In this document: in pieces, positions 43,169 to 51,691 of the stretch | Layout of the letters: the number at the start of each line of letters is the position of its first letter | Numbering within the stretch: the stretch's first letter is position 1 | Assembly (NCBI GenBank): GCA_039944855.1 | Contig: JBDUXZ010000020.1 | Coordinates: forward strand, 377,145-441,144 | Length of the DNA: 64,000 bases | Direction of reading: 5' to 3' | Source of the DNA: Rhodothermales bacterium | GTDB taxonomy: Bacteria > Bacteroidota > Rhodothermia > Rhodothermales > JANQRZ01 | The notes under the pieces: model-generated | What the model was told of the DNA's origin: nothing | The model's database searches: none | Seen by the model: the letters and a program-made list of their open reading frames with translations, nothing else | Made by a program: the position numbers and the translations under genes

Positions 43169-45184
43169 TTAGCGGACGACGGTCACGCGCTGCGTCGCCA
43201 CGGCCGAGTCCGCCGCGAGCCGGACGAGGTACGTCCCCGGCGCCAGCGACGCCGCGTCGAGCGACACCTCGTAGCGCCCCGCCTCGACGGCCTCGTCGAG
43301 AAGCGTCGCCACGGCGCGGCCGAGCACGTCGTAGACGACGACACGGACCGAAGCGGCTTCGGGCACGTCGACGGTGAGCGAGCCGCGCTCCGTCATCGGG
43401 TTGGGGTACGCCGCCGAGAGGCCGAACGCCGTCGGGAGTGCCGCGCCCTCCACCGCCGTCGCGCCGCGCTCGGCCGTGAACATGGCCTCCGTGAGGTCAG
43501 CGTGGGTGATCGCCACGGGGCCGTCGCCGTCGCCGCGGGCAAGCGCGGCGCACTGGCTCTGGGCGAAGGGGTGGTATCGCATCGGGGAGAAGTCATCGCA
43601 CTGCGCTTGGAAGATCGCCTCGTTGCGGTGGAAGAACCCGTAGATGACATCGTTCCCGAGGTAGACGAGCGAGGCGATGATGTTGGGCTGGATGGCCGGA
43701 ATCGACGTTCCCGTCATGACCGCGTCGCGGTCGAGGATGGCGAGGCCGCCGAAGACGCTGCGGATCTGCCCAAAGTCCGAGTAGACGGTCTCCTCGCCCG
43801 AGGCTAGGTCTCCAAAGAGATCGAAGGAGACGTAGACGTTCTGGTAGGTTGCGGCGAGCGAGCACCCGGAGGCGTCGAGGTCGATGGAGCCGAGGCCGGT
43901 GTTGCGGATGGCGATGGCGTTGCCGTCGCCGGCAGCAGCGACGTCCGAGAGGATGAGATCCTCGCACGTGGCTTCGGGCTCGTCACCTTCCACGATGATA
44001 TCGACCTCCACGGTCGTCGACCGTTGGGGCATTCCATCGTCAGTGGCTTCCACGTCGATGGTGTACATACCCCCCGCGGCGATGGAGCCGGAGCAGGTGA
44101 CGGTGGTCACGCCGCCGGCCGGGCCGAACGTCGTTTCGCATTCGACATCGCCCGCATCCGAGGTCGTAACCGAAGCGATGGTCTGATCGACTTCCGGCGG
44201 GATGAACTGGACCGTGAAGTTGATCGGGTCGCCCGCAGCTACCATGATGGGCGAGTCGGGCTCGGAGAGGACGACCGGCGGGATGTTGCTGGACCCTTCG
44301 CCCCCCGTGTCGAAGCAGACCTGGCCGTTGTCGAGGAAGTCGACGCCGTCGTTGTTACCGCCGGGGCCGTCGTACGCCGTACCGTCCTCGTTGAAGCGGC
44401 CGTACTGGAAGAAGTCAACGCCGTTTCCACGGTTCGCGCCGACGGTAGCGGGGCTACCGCCCAAGCCACCGGAACCGCCCGATGCGCCGCCGGTGGTCCA
44501 GTCCATGTTGCCGTAGCTGAAGCAGACGTTGTTGCCACCGGGGAGCGTCGGGCCGTCGGCGATGACGACCTGGAAGGTGTTGCGCAGGTCGTTGGTGGGA
44601 GCGAAGTACGACACGTTCTCCCAGTGGGCTACGAAGACGGTTTGCCCATCGAGCGTCGTCTGCTTATAAGCGACTTCCCCGCCGTTCCTCGTATCCACAT
44701 CACCCCAGAATGGAGCGACCATGACGAGCCCGGCGAGCGGGAACCCGGACGGGGTGAACCCGCCGAAGCAAGTGTCGAACGTGACGTTGCCGTTGTTGTT
44801 GAGACAGACGTTGTTGTAGGTGCTCCCGTAGAGTTCGAAGGTGAACGGGAGGGGGAAGAACCCGGTCGAGCCGTCGTCGTTGGCCGGGAAGAGGGTCCAG
44901 GACCCATCGTTCATGTACGGAACGAGGAGGCCGCCGCCATGCGCGGCCACATCGTCCGATGCGTCACGAGCGGACGGTGCGGCGGGGGCCTGCAGGCTGG
45001 AGGTCTCGGCGGTCCGAGACTGGCTCAGCTTCCAGATCTCGTAGCCCTCCGGATCCGTATTCGGATCGGGCGCCTGCTGGGCCTGCGCTGGGAGCGCGAG
45101 GAACACGCTCGCGAGGAGCGCGAGCATGGTGAGGAGCAGGGGGAGCCGAAAGAGCTGCCCACCTAGACTGTGACGTTGGTTCAT
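43169..45184 (-). CDS. Secreted T9SS cargo protein with a NIDO (nidogen-like) domain, an Ig/cadherin-like domain and a Por C-terminal sorting domain
   Basis: Signal peptide. NIDO-like core FPLPFTFELYGSTYNNVCLNNNGNVTFD...VAPFWGDVDTRNGGEVAY. The C-terminal AYPNPMTERGSLTVDVPEAASVRVVVYDVLGRAVATL...GTYLVRL...TQRVTVVR is a T9SS CTD. Confidence 0.8.
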   Translation of the reverse strand: MNQRHSLGGQLFRLPLLLTMLALLASVFLALPAQAQQAPDPNTDPEGYEIWKLSQSRTAETSSLQAPAAPSARDASDDVAAHGGGLLVPYMNDGSWTLFPANDDGSTGFFPLPFTFELYGSTYNNVCLNNNGNVTFDTCFGGFTPSGFPLAGLVMVAPFWGDVDTRNGGEVAYKQTTLDGQTVFVAHWENVSYFAPTNDLRNTFQVVIADGPTLPGGNNVCFSYGNMDWTTGGASGGSGGLGGSPATVGANRGNGVDFFQYGRFNEDGTAYDGPGGNNDGVDFLDNGQVCFDTGGEGSSNIPPVVLSEPDSPIMVAAGDPINFTVQFIPPEVDQTIASVTTSDAGDVECETTFGPAGGVTTVTCSGSIAAGGMYTIDVEATDDGMPQRSTTVEVDIIVEGDEPEATCEDLILSDVAAAGDGNAIAIRNTGLGSIDLDASGCSLAATYQNVYVSFDLFGDLASGEETVYSDFGQIRSVFGGLAILDRDAVMTGTSIPAIQPNIIASLVYLGNDVIYGFFHRNEAIFQAQCDDFSPMRYHPFAQSQCAALARGDGDGPVAITHADLTEAMFTAERGATAVEGAALPTAFGLSAAYPNPMTERGSLTVDVPEAASVRVVVYDVLGRAVATLLDEAVEAGRYEVSLDAASLAPGTYLVRLAADSAVATQRVTVVR

Positions 45185-45610
45185 AGCGAATACCCTCGTT
45201 AGAGGTCAGGGTGAAAGAGTCTGGAAGAGATCGTCCGCGTGGTGGGTGGCGCGGAGCGCACGCTCTCTGAAGTCCGGGTGAGTCAGGGACAGCCATATCG
45301 GCGACTGCACCATCGTCTGGGGAGGTGGGATGCTTGGTGAAGATCGATTACATCCACCTAGTTATTTATCACGCGCCTGCTCACATGGTCAAGAGAGTCG
45401 GGGCATAGAGATAGGGTAGTTGTGGCGCGTACACTATGCGCCATCCGTACGCTCCCTCATCTCCCGTAGAGATAACAACCAGCCTTCGTTATGCCGGCAC
45501 GTGGTCGTGGGCGTTCAGTCGTCGATCTAATAACGAAAACATTACGCTCTGGGGATCATAGGCGAAGTCCCTCACCCATCACGTCCCAACACCGCCCATC
45601 GCGTTCTGCC

Positions 45611-46561
45611 ATGCCCCTGCTCGCCTCCGCATACTCGGCGCCCCTCGGTTTCTCCAACCCGCACCTTCAGACCGTCTTCGCCGGCCGCCTCCGCCGCGTC
45701 GACGGGCCGGGCTACGAGCGCGAGCGGATCGCCACGCCCGACGGTGACTTCCTCGACCTCGACTGGACGCGCGTCGGGGCGGACCGCCTCGTCGTGATCT
45801 CGCACGGGCTCGAGGGCAGTGCTGACCGGGCCTACGTCCGGGGCATGGCGCGGGCGCTGAACCGCCACGGGTGGGACGCGCTCGCGTGGAACCTCCGCGG
45901 GTGCAGCGGCGAGCCGAACCGCCAGCTCCGCCTCTACCACAGCGGGGCCACCGACGACCTCGACGCCGTCATGCAGCACGCGCTTCAGCGCTACGACGAG
46001 GTCGCGCTCGTCGGCTTCTCGCTCGGCGGCAACCTCACGCTGAAGTACCTCGGCGAGCAGGGCGAGGCCGCGCCCGTCGCCCGCGCCGTCGCGTTCTCCG
46101 TGCCCGTCGATCTCGCGGCCTCGTCGGTGGCGCTGGGGCGGTGGGCGAACGGGCTCTACATGCGCTACTTCCTCCGCAGCCTGAGCGGGAAGGTCCGCGC
46201 GAAGGCCGAGCAGTTCCCCGACGCGGTCAGCACCGACGGGCTCGGCGGCATCCGCGACTTCCGCGGCTTCGACGACCGCTACACCGCGCCGCTGCACGGT
46301 TTCGACGACGCGGCCGACTACTGGCACCGGAGTTCGAGCCAGCACTTCCTCGACGCCATCCGCGTCCCGACGCTCCTCGTCAACGCCGCCGACGATCCGT
46401 TCCTCGCGCCGTCGTGCTACCCCACGGAGGCGGCCCGGCAGAGCGAGCACCTTACGCTGGAGGTGCCCACGCACGGCGGCCACGTCGGCTTCGTGCGCTT
46501 CGGCGCGGACGGAGAATACTGGTCCGAGCAGCGCGCCGCCGAGTTCCTCGACGCGGCGTGA
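45611..46561 (+). CDS. Alpha/beta-fold hydrolase (YheT/ABHD1-3-like)
   Basis: ATG 45611. NPHLQTVF..., HGLEGS, nucleophile elbow GFSLGGN, C-terminal GGHVGF. This is the typical COG0429 arrangement. Confidence 0.85.
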   Translation: MPLLASAYSAPLGFSNPHLQTVFAGRLRRVDGPGYERERIATPDGDFLDLDWTRVGADRLVVISHGLEGSADRAYVRGMARALNRHGWDALAWNLRGCSGEPNRQLRLYHSGATDDLDAVMQHALQRYDEVALVGFSLGGNLTLKYLGEQGEAAPVARAVAFSVPVDLAASSVALGRWANGLYMRYFLRSLSGKVRAKAEQFPDAVSTDGLGGIRDFRGFDDRYTAPLHGFDDAADYWHRSSSQHFLDAIRVPTLLVNAADDPFLAPSCYPTEAARQSEHLTLEVPTHGGHVGFVRFGADGEYWSEQRAAEFLDAA

Positions 46562-46570
46562 GCCTCGGCG

Positions 46571-48085
46571 TTATCGGATGACGAGCACCTTACGCGTGGC
46601 CGTGCGCTCGCCGTCGGTGAGGCGAACGAAGTAGACCCCGGCGGGCAGGCCGCGCGTGGCCCACGTGACGGAGCCGGAGCCGGCCGGCCGGCGGCCCGCG
46701 TCCAGCACGGCGACCTCGCGCCCGAGCACATCGAACGCCGTGAGGGCCACGTCCCCGGCGTCGTCAAGCGTGTACGGAATCGTGGCGATCGAGCGGACAG
46801 GGTTCGGGAACGGCACGCCGAGGCCGAACGCGTCGGGCGCGGTGTCGTCCTCGGCCGCCGTCGTCGTGAGGGCGAAGACGAAGGCGGCGCCGGTGTCCTC
46901 GGCGTCGCCGTCGGCGTCGGGGCTGCCGACGACGGTGAGGCCGTCGCGGAGGGCGACGTCGTTGCCGAAGAGCGCGGTCTCCTCCAGCCCGGCGACGCTC
47001 AGCCGGTTCTCCGGGGCCCAGACGCCGTTCTCACGGTCGAACGTGTAGACGGCCCCGGCCGCCACGTCCGTGCCGTCGAGCGGGGCGCCCACCGCCGCGC
47101 GGTCGCCCTCCACGCTGACCGACGTGCCGAACTGCGCGTTGTCCTGCGGGGCGACGGAGATGAGCCGGAAGGCCTGCACCCACGGGGTCGCGCCTGCCCC
47201 CGTGCGCTCGAAGACGTACGCTGCGCCCTGCTCGTTGGGCGTCGAGAGCGGGGCGCCGACGAAGATCGCCGTCCCGTCCGTGGCGACGTCGAAGCCGAAG
47301 CGGTCGTTGGGCTCGACGGCGTCGGGCGAGAGCTTCTGGACTTGCTGCCACGTGCCGTCCCCGTCGCGCTCGAAGACGTACGCCGCGCCGGGGCTGTCGG
47401 GCACGATCTCGTTGAAGAGGCCGACGACGAGCACGTCGCCGCGGAGCGCAACGGAGAAGCCGAAGCGCTCGCCGGGGCCGGCGTCGGCGGCGGTGAGCTG
47501 CTGGGCGAAGCTCCACGCGCCGGAGGCGTCGCGCGTGTAGAGGAAGACGGCCCCCGCCTCGTCCCCAGCGGCGTCGTTTGCGAAGGCTCCGACGGCGGCG
47601 GTGGCGTCGCTGATCGCGACGGCTGCGCCGAACTGCTCTTCGAGCGCCGGCGTCGGCGCCTTCAGCTTGGCGACGTCGAGCCAGTCGCCCATCGCATCGT
47701 CCCGGCGGAAGACGTAGGCCGCGCCGCTGTTGATCTCCCCCTCGCTCTCATACGGCGCCCCGATGAGGACCTCGGTCCCATCGAAGTCGGTGGCGGCACC
47801 GAAGGCGGGGTCGAACTCGCCGCCCGTTTCGAGGCTGCTCGGGACGAGCTGCTCGTCGAGCGTCCACGTGTCCGCGCCGGCCTCGCGGACGAAGACGAAC
47901 GCCCGCCCAATCGCCCCGGCCTCGCCGGGCTCGCCGACGACGATGTAGTCGCCGCTGAGCGCGACGGCGCTGCCGAACTGGCTGCCGGGCGTGGGGTTCG
48001 GGTCGGTCAGCGTCTGGAGGAGGGCGGGCTGGCCGAGCGCGGGCGCGGCGGCGAACAGGACGAGGAGCGCGAGGAGGCGGGACAT
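46571..48085 (-). CDS. Secreted beta-propeller protein with FG-GAP-like repeats and a T9SS C-terminal sorting domain
   Basis: Seven-fold repeat of ..FG.SVA..GD..VVG.P....G..GAAYVF.R... The C-terminal PFPNPVRSIATIPYTLDDAGDVALTAFDVLGREVAVL...GVYFVRL...TRKVLVIR is a T9SS CTD. Confidence 0.8.
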   Translation of the reverse strand: MSRLLALLVLFAAAPALGQPALLQTLTDPNPTPGSQFGSAVALSGDYIVVGEPGEAGAIGRAFVFVREAGADTWTLDEQLVPSSLETGGEFDPAFGAATDFDGTEVLIGAPYESEGEINSGAAYVFRRDDAMGDWLDVAKLKAPTPALEEQFGAAVAISDATAAVGAFANDAAGDEAGAVFLYTRDASGAWSFAQQLTAADAGPGERFGFSVALRGDVLVVGLFNEIVPDSPGAAYVFERDGDGTWQQVQKLSPDAVEPNDRFGFDVATDGTAIFVGAPLSTPNEQGAAYVFERTGAGATPWVQAFRLISVAPQDNAQFGTSVSVEGDRAAVGAPLDGTDVAAGAVYTFDRENGVWAPENRLSVAGLEETALFGNDVALRDGLTVVGSPDADGDAEDTGAAFVFALTTTAAEDDTAPDAFGLGVPFPNPVRSIATIPYTLDDAGDVALTAFDVLGREVAVLDAGRRPAGSGSVTWATRGLPAGVYFVRLTDGERTATRKVLVIR

Positions 48086-48205
48086 GGTCGCGACGGTCTG
48101 GCGAGAAGGGAGAGGGGACGCGCGAGAGGTGCGGGAGATGCGCGCCCGCCTCTAACCGCCCCGAAAGCCGCTTCGTTCCGCCCGTTCGTCCTCACGCGCG
48201 CGTGC

Positions 48206-48916
48206 TCACCCCGCGCTGCCCGCCGAGTCGACGGGAGTCTCGATGAGCCGGTCGGCGTCCACCCACCCGTCGTGGAGCTCGATCAGGCGGCTGCCGTAAG
48301 CCGTCCACCGCTCGGAGTGGGTGACCTGGATCACCGTCACGCCGTCGTCCTCATTGAGGATGCGGAACGCCTCCATCACCTCCTCGCCCTGCGAGCTGTG
48401 GAGGTTGCCCGTCGGCTCGTCGGCGAGGATGAGCCGGGGCCGGATGATGAGCGCGCGGGCGACGCCGACGAGCTGCTGTTGCCCGCCCGAGAGCTGGTGC
48501 GGGAAGAGGTCGCGCTTAGCGACGATGCCGAAGCGGTCGAGCATCTCGGCCACGCGGGCCTGCCGCTCGGCCTTGGGCACCTTCGTGTAGAGCAGCGGCG
48601 TCTCGAGGTTCTCGTACACCGTCAGCTCGTCGATGAGGTGGTAGGCCTGGAACACGAACCCGATGTGCTCGCGGTGGAGCGCCGTCCGCTGCCGCTCGCT
48701 GAGCTGGTGGACGGGCTCGCCCTCGAAGAGGTACGCGCCCTCGCTCGGCTCCTCCAGCATCCCGATGATGTTCATGAGCGTGGACTTCCCCGCACCGCTC
48801 GGGCCCTGGATCGTCACGAACTCGCCCTCGCGCACGGTGAGGTCCACGTTGCGGAGGACGTACGTTTTCTGGAGGCCTTGCTTAAAAAACTTGCTGATGC
48901 CGCGGAGCTCGATCAT
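48206..48916 (-). CDS. ABC transporter ATP-binding protein (MacB/LolD-type)
   Basis: Walker A GPSGAGKSTL, Q-loop, signature LSGGQQQLVGVARAL, Walker B LILADEPTGNL and H-loop VTHS. Confidence 0.9.
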   Translation of the reverse strand: MIELRGISKFFKQGLQKTYVLRNVDLTVREGEFVTIQGPSGAGKSTLMNIIGMLEEPSEGAYLFEGEPVHQLSERQRTALHREHIGFVFQAYHLIDELTVYENLETPLLYTKVPKAERQARVAEMLDRFGIVAKRDLFPHQLSGGQQQLVGVARALIIRPRLILADEPTGNLHSSQGEEVMEAFRILNEDDGVTVIQVTHSERWTAYGSRLIELHDGWVDADRLIETPVDSAGSAG

Positions 48917-48968
48917 GGGAGTTGGAGTTTGGACTTCTGATTTCGGATAGGGGAGCGATCATGCCGTG

Positions 48969-51344
48969 CTACTGATCCCGCAGCACGTCCGCTGGCTTCA
49001 CCTTCACGAGCCGGTGAGTCTGCATCGAAAGCATCATCGTCGCCAGGAGGAAAACGAGGACGTTGGAGAGGACGAAGGGCGCAGCGCCGAGTGATATCTC
49101 CACCGGCGCGAGGAACAGCACCGTGCGGAGGCCCAGGTAACACAGGGGCGTGGCGATCAGCGTAGCGAGGCCTAACATGACCAGGAACTCGCGGTTGACC
49201 AGCAAGACGATCTGCCCCGCTGGGGCACCCAGCGCCTTGCGCACGCCGACCTCCTTGATTCGGCCCGCGGCGCGTTGCGAGGCGATGCCGAACAACCCCA
49301 TGCAGGAGATGAGGAGGGCGAAGAGCGCGAGGTACGCGATCAGGACAGAGAGGCCCTTCAAGGACTGGGGCGTGAAGACCTCGGCCTGAGCGAAGGCGTC
49401 GAACGGGGTGCCCGGGAACGCGCGCTCCCACCGATCGCGGAGGGTGGCGGCCACCGGGTCCGTGGCCCCGGTCTCGACCCGGATCACCATGAATCGGTGC
49501 TGCGAGACGTCGGCCAGCCCCATCACGACCGGGACGGCCGTGCCCATCAGCGGGGCCAGCAAGAAGTCGTCTACGACGCCGACCACCGCGAAGGCTGAGC
49601 CGCCGATCCGCACGGACTCCCCGACGGGGTCGGCCCACCCCTGCTCCGCGGCGAAGGTCTGGTTGACCACGACCGACCGCGCGCTGTCTGCCCCGAACAT
49701 AGAGCCGAACGCCCGCCCGGCCGCCACACCGAGGCCCACGGTCGCCAGGTAGTCGGGTCCGACTCCGAAGTGGACCACCTCCCGGTCGGCGTCCGCCACC
49801 TGGACGGTGAGGCGTCGGCGCGTGGCACCGATGTGATGGGCGGCCCCCGCGACCTGACGCACCTGGCTCATCGCGGAGGCCTCGCGGCGGAGCCAGGCGT
49901 GCTGCTCCGGGCTCTGGGTCGGGACCACGAGAAGGGAGGATGGGTCGTAGCCCCAGTCACCGCCGAGGAGCTTGTCGTCGAGCGAGGCCGTGAACACGGC
50001 GAGGCAGATCGTGATGAACGCCAGCACGAACTGCACGGTCGTCAGGGTGCGGGTGAGGCCCTTCTTCTCCGCCAGCTTCAGCTTCCCGCGCAGGACCTCG
50101 ATGGGCTGGAAGGCGGAGATGTAAAAGGCGGGATAGGCCCCGGACACCAGGCCGATGAAGGCGAGCAGCCCGACCAGGAACACCCAGAACCCGGGGGCAC
50201 CCAGGAGGTCGAGGGGGATCGGCCGGGCGAGCCGCGCATTCATGAACGGGAGGGTCACGGTCCAGGCCAGCAGGATCCCGCCCAGCAAGGCCAGCAGGCA
50301 GAGCACCACGTTCTCCGTGAGGAACTGCGTGATGAGTTGCCTCCGCTCCGCGCCCAGCGTCTTGCGGATCCCGATCTCTTTGAGGCGGCGTGCGGCGGTC
50401 CCCAGCGAGATGGTGACGTAGTTGAAACACGCGACGAGCAGCATCAGCACGGCGATCACGCCTAGCATCAGCGACTCCCACACCAGCGGTTCCTGCATGG
50501 CCCGGGCCTCGATGGTCCAGGCTGTCAGCCAGTCCGGGTGCCGGACGCTGTCGAGGAAGAACGACGTTGCCTGCCGGACCTCACCGGCGGCGTTTTGGAC
50601 AGGCACGTAGCGGTCGAGTTGCGCTGCGACGGAGCGGGCATCGTCCGGTTGCCGAAGCAGAAGGAAGGTCGCCTCCGTGAAAGCCGCCCAGTCCCCTGAG
50701 TCGGCGAGGCCGAGCGCACGTTGCTTCTCGTAGCCTACCAAGAGATCGAAACGGAAGCTGGCGTTGCGTGGGAAGGGGGCCGCGACGCCCGCCACGGTTA
50801 GCGTCTCGGCCGTGCCGTCTCCGCCGGTCGTCTCCCCGAACCGAACGTCGAGCGTCTGGCCCACCACATCGTACCTGCCGAAATACTTCATCGCCATCTC
50901 CGCGCTCAGGATCACGGCGTCGGGATCGGCTAGGGCCGCCCCGCGCCCGTGAAGCAAGGGGAAGGTGAGCACCTCGAAGAACCCCACGTCGGCGAAAGAC
51001 ACCGTCTCGTGAAAGGCGTCACCGTCGGTCCGCACCATCGCCGGGTGGTGGGCGACGCGGACGGCGCGCTCGACCTGGGGAATGTCGGCGACGAGGGCCG
51101 GGCCGAGGGGGGCGGGAGCGGTACCCCAGCGTTGCGGTCCGGCGTCGCGGTCCACCGTGTGCCCGACGAGGAAGAGGCGCTCGCCGTTCGCGTGGAAGTC
51201 GTCGTTGACGTTGATCACACGCACGATGAGGAACAGCGTGATCGCGCACGCCACGGCGGCTGACAGGCCGACGAGGTTGATCAGTGAAGCCACCTTGTTC
51301 TTCTGCACGTTGCGGAAGCCCAACAGCAGGTAGTTCTTGAGCAT
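48969..51344 (-). CDS. MacB/FtsX-type ABC permease, duplicated (two MacB_PCD + FtsX modules, ~790 aa)
   Basis: N-terminus MLKNYLLLGFRNVQKNKVASLINLVGL. Two FtsX 4-TM modules, each with EIGIRKTLGA / EVGVRKALGA loops. C-terminus ADVLRDQ. Confidence 0.9.
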   Translation of the reverse strand: MLKNYLLLGFRNVQKNKVASLINLVGLSAAVACAITLFLIVRVINVNDDFHANGERLFLVGHTVDRDAGPQRWGTAPAPLGPALVADIPQVERAVRVAHHPAMVRTDGDAFHETVSFADVGFFEVLTFPLLHGRGAALADPDAVILSAEMAMKYFGRYDVVGQTLDVRFGETTGGDGTAETLTVAGVAAPFPRNASFRFDLLVGYEKQRALGLADSGDWAAFTEATFLLLRQPDDARSVAAQLDRYVPVQNAAGEVRQATSFFLDSVRHPDWLTAWTIEARAMQEPLVWESLMLGVIAVLMLLVACFNYVTISLGTAARRLKEIGIRKTLGAERRQLITQFLTENVVLCLLALLGGILLAWTVTLPFMNARLARPIPLDLLGAPGFWVFLVGLLAFIGLVSGAYPAFYISAFQPIEVLRGKLKLAEKKGLTRTLTTVQFVLAFITICLAVFTASLDDKLLGGDWGYDPSSLLVVPTQSPEQHAWLRREASAMSQVRQVAGAAHHIGATRRRLTVQVADADREVVHFGVGPDYLATVGLGVAAGRAFGSMFGADSARSVVVNQTFAAEQGWADPVGESVRIGGSAFAVVGVVDDFLLAPLMGTAVPVVMGLADVSQHRFMVIRVETGATDPVAATLRDRWERAFPGTPFDAFAQAEVFTPQSLKGLSVLIAYLALFALLISCMGLFGIASQRAAGRIKEVGVRKALGAPAGQIVLLVNREFLVMLGLATLIATPLCYLGLRTVLFLAPVEISLGAAPFVLSNVLVFLLATMMLSMQTHRLVKVKPADVLRDQ

Positions 51345-51377
51345 GAGGGTTGGTCTGTAATCAGGGTTGGTTCGTAA

Positions 51378-51656
51378 TCAGGGTTGGGCGGGCGTCGGCG
51401 CTTCGCGCTGCGTGCGGAGCCGGAACATCACAGGCACGCGGTCGGCCGTCGGCGTGCCGATCTGGACGAGCAGCCACTCGTCGCCGTGGGCGGCGATGAA
51501 CGCGCGGAGCGCGTCGACCCGCGAGTCCATCTCTTCGGGCCACTCCAGCGTCTCGACGCGGTACTGCAAGCGCTGCTTCTCCCCGTCGATCATCACGTCG
51601 AGGTCGATGGTCTGGGTTTGGTCGATCGGGGGGATCGGGACGCAGATCTGGCTCAT
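51378..51656 (-). CDS. 92-aa soluble acidic protein of unknown function embedded between two permease genes
   Basis: ATG 51656: MSQICVPIPPIDQTQTIDLDVMIDGEKQRLQYRVETLEWPEEMDSRVDALRAFIAAHGDEWLLVQIGTPTADRVPVMFRLRTQREAPTPAQP. Gaps of 35 and 33 nt to the flanking genes, same strand. The rest of track ORF 51378-53177 is a shadow frame. Confidence 0.55.
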   Translation of the reverse strand: MSQICVPIPPIDQTQTIDLDVMIDGEKQRLQYRVETLEWPEEMDSRVDALRAFIAAHGDEWLLVQIGTPTADRVPVMFRLRTQREAPTPAQP

Positions 51657-51691
51657 GGGAAGGCCGAGGTTAGGAGGCAGAGGGCACGGAG

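Noticed and set aside
42941-43807. 288-aa plus-strand ORF covering the lasso-like ORF region and the 3' end of the NIDO gene
   Set aside because: It runs through two terminator hairpins and is antisense to a gene with a clear T9SS CTD. Its composition is Arg/Gly/Val/Asp-rich junk.
40864-46561. Possibility that genes flanking the 59-aa ORF are lasso maturation enzymes (M1 peptidase, NIDO protein, alpha/beta hydrolase)
   Set aside because: None has the Asn-synthetase-like cyclase, the transglutaminase-like Cys protease or the PqqD-like RRE signatures. The M1 enzyme has a lipoprotein signal and GAMEN/HEXXH motifs typical of general aminopeptidases. I therefore describe the precursor as orphan rather than claiming a cluster.
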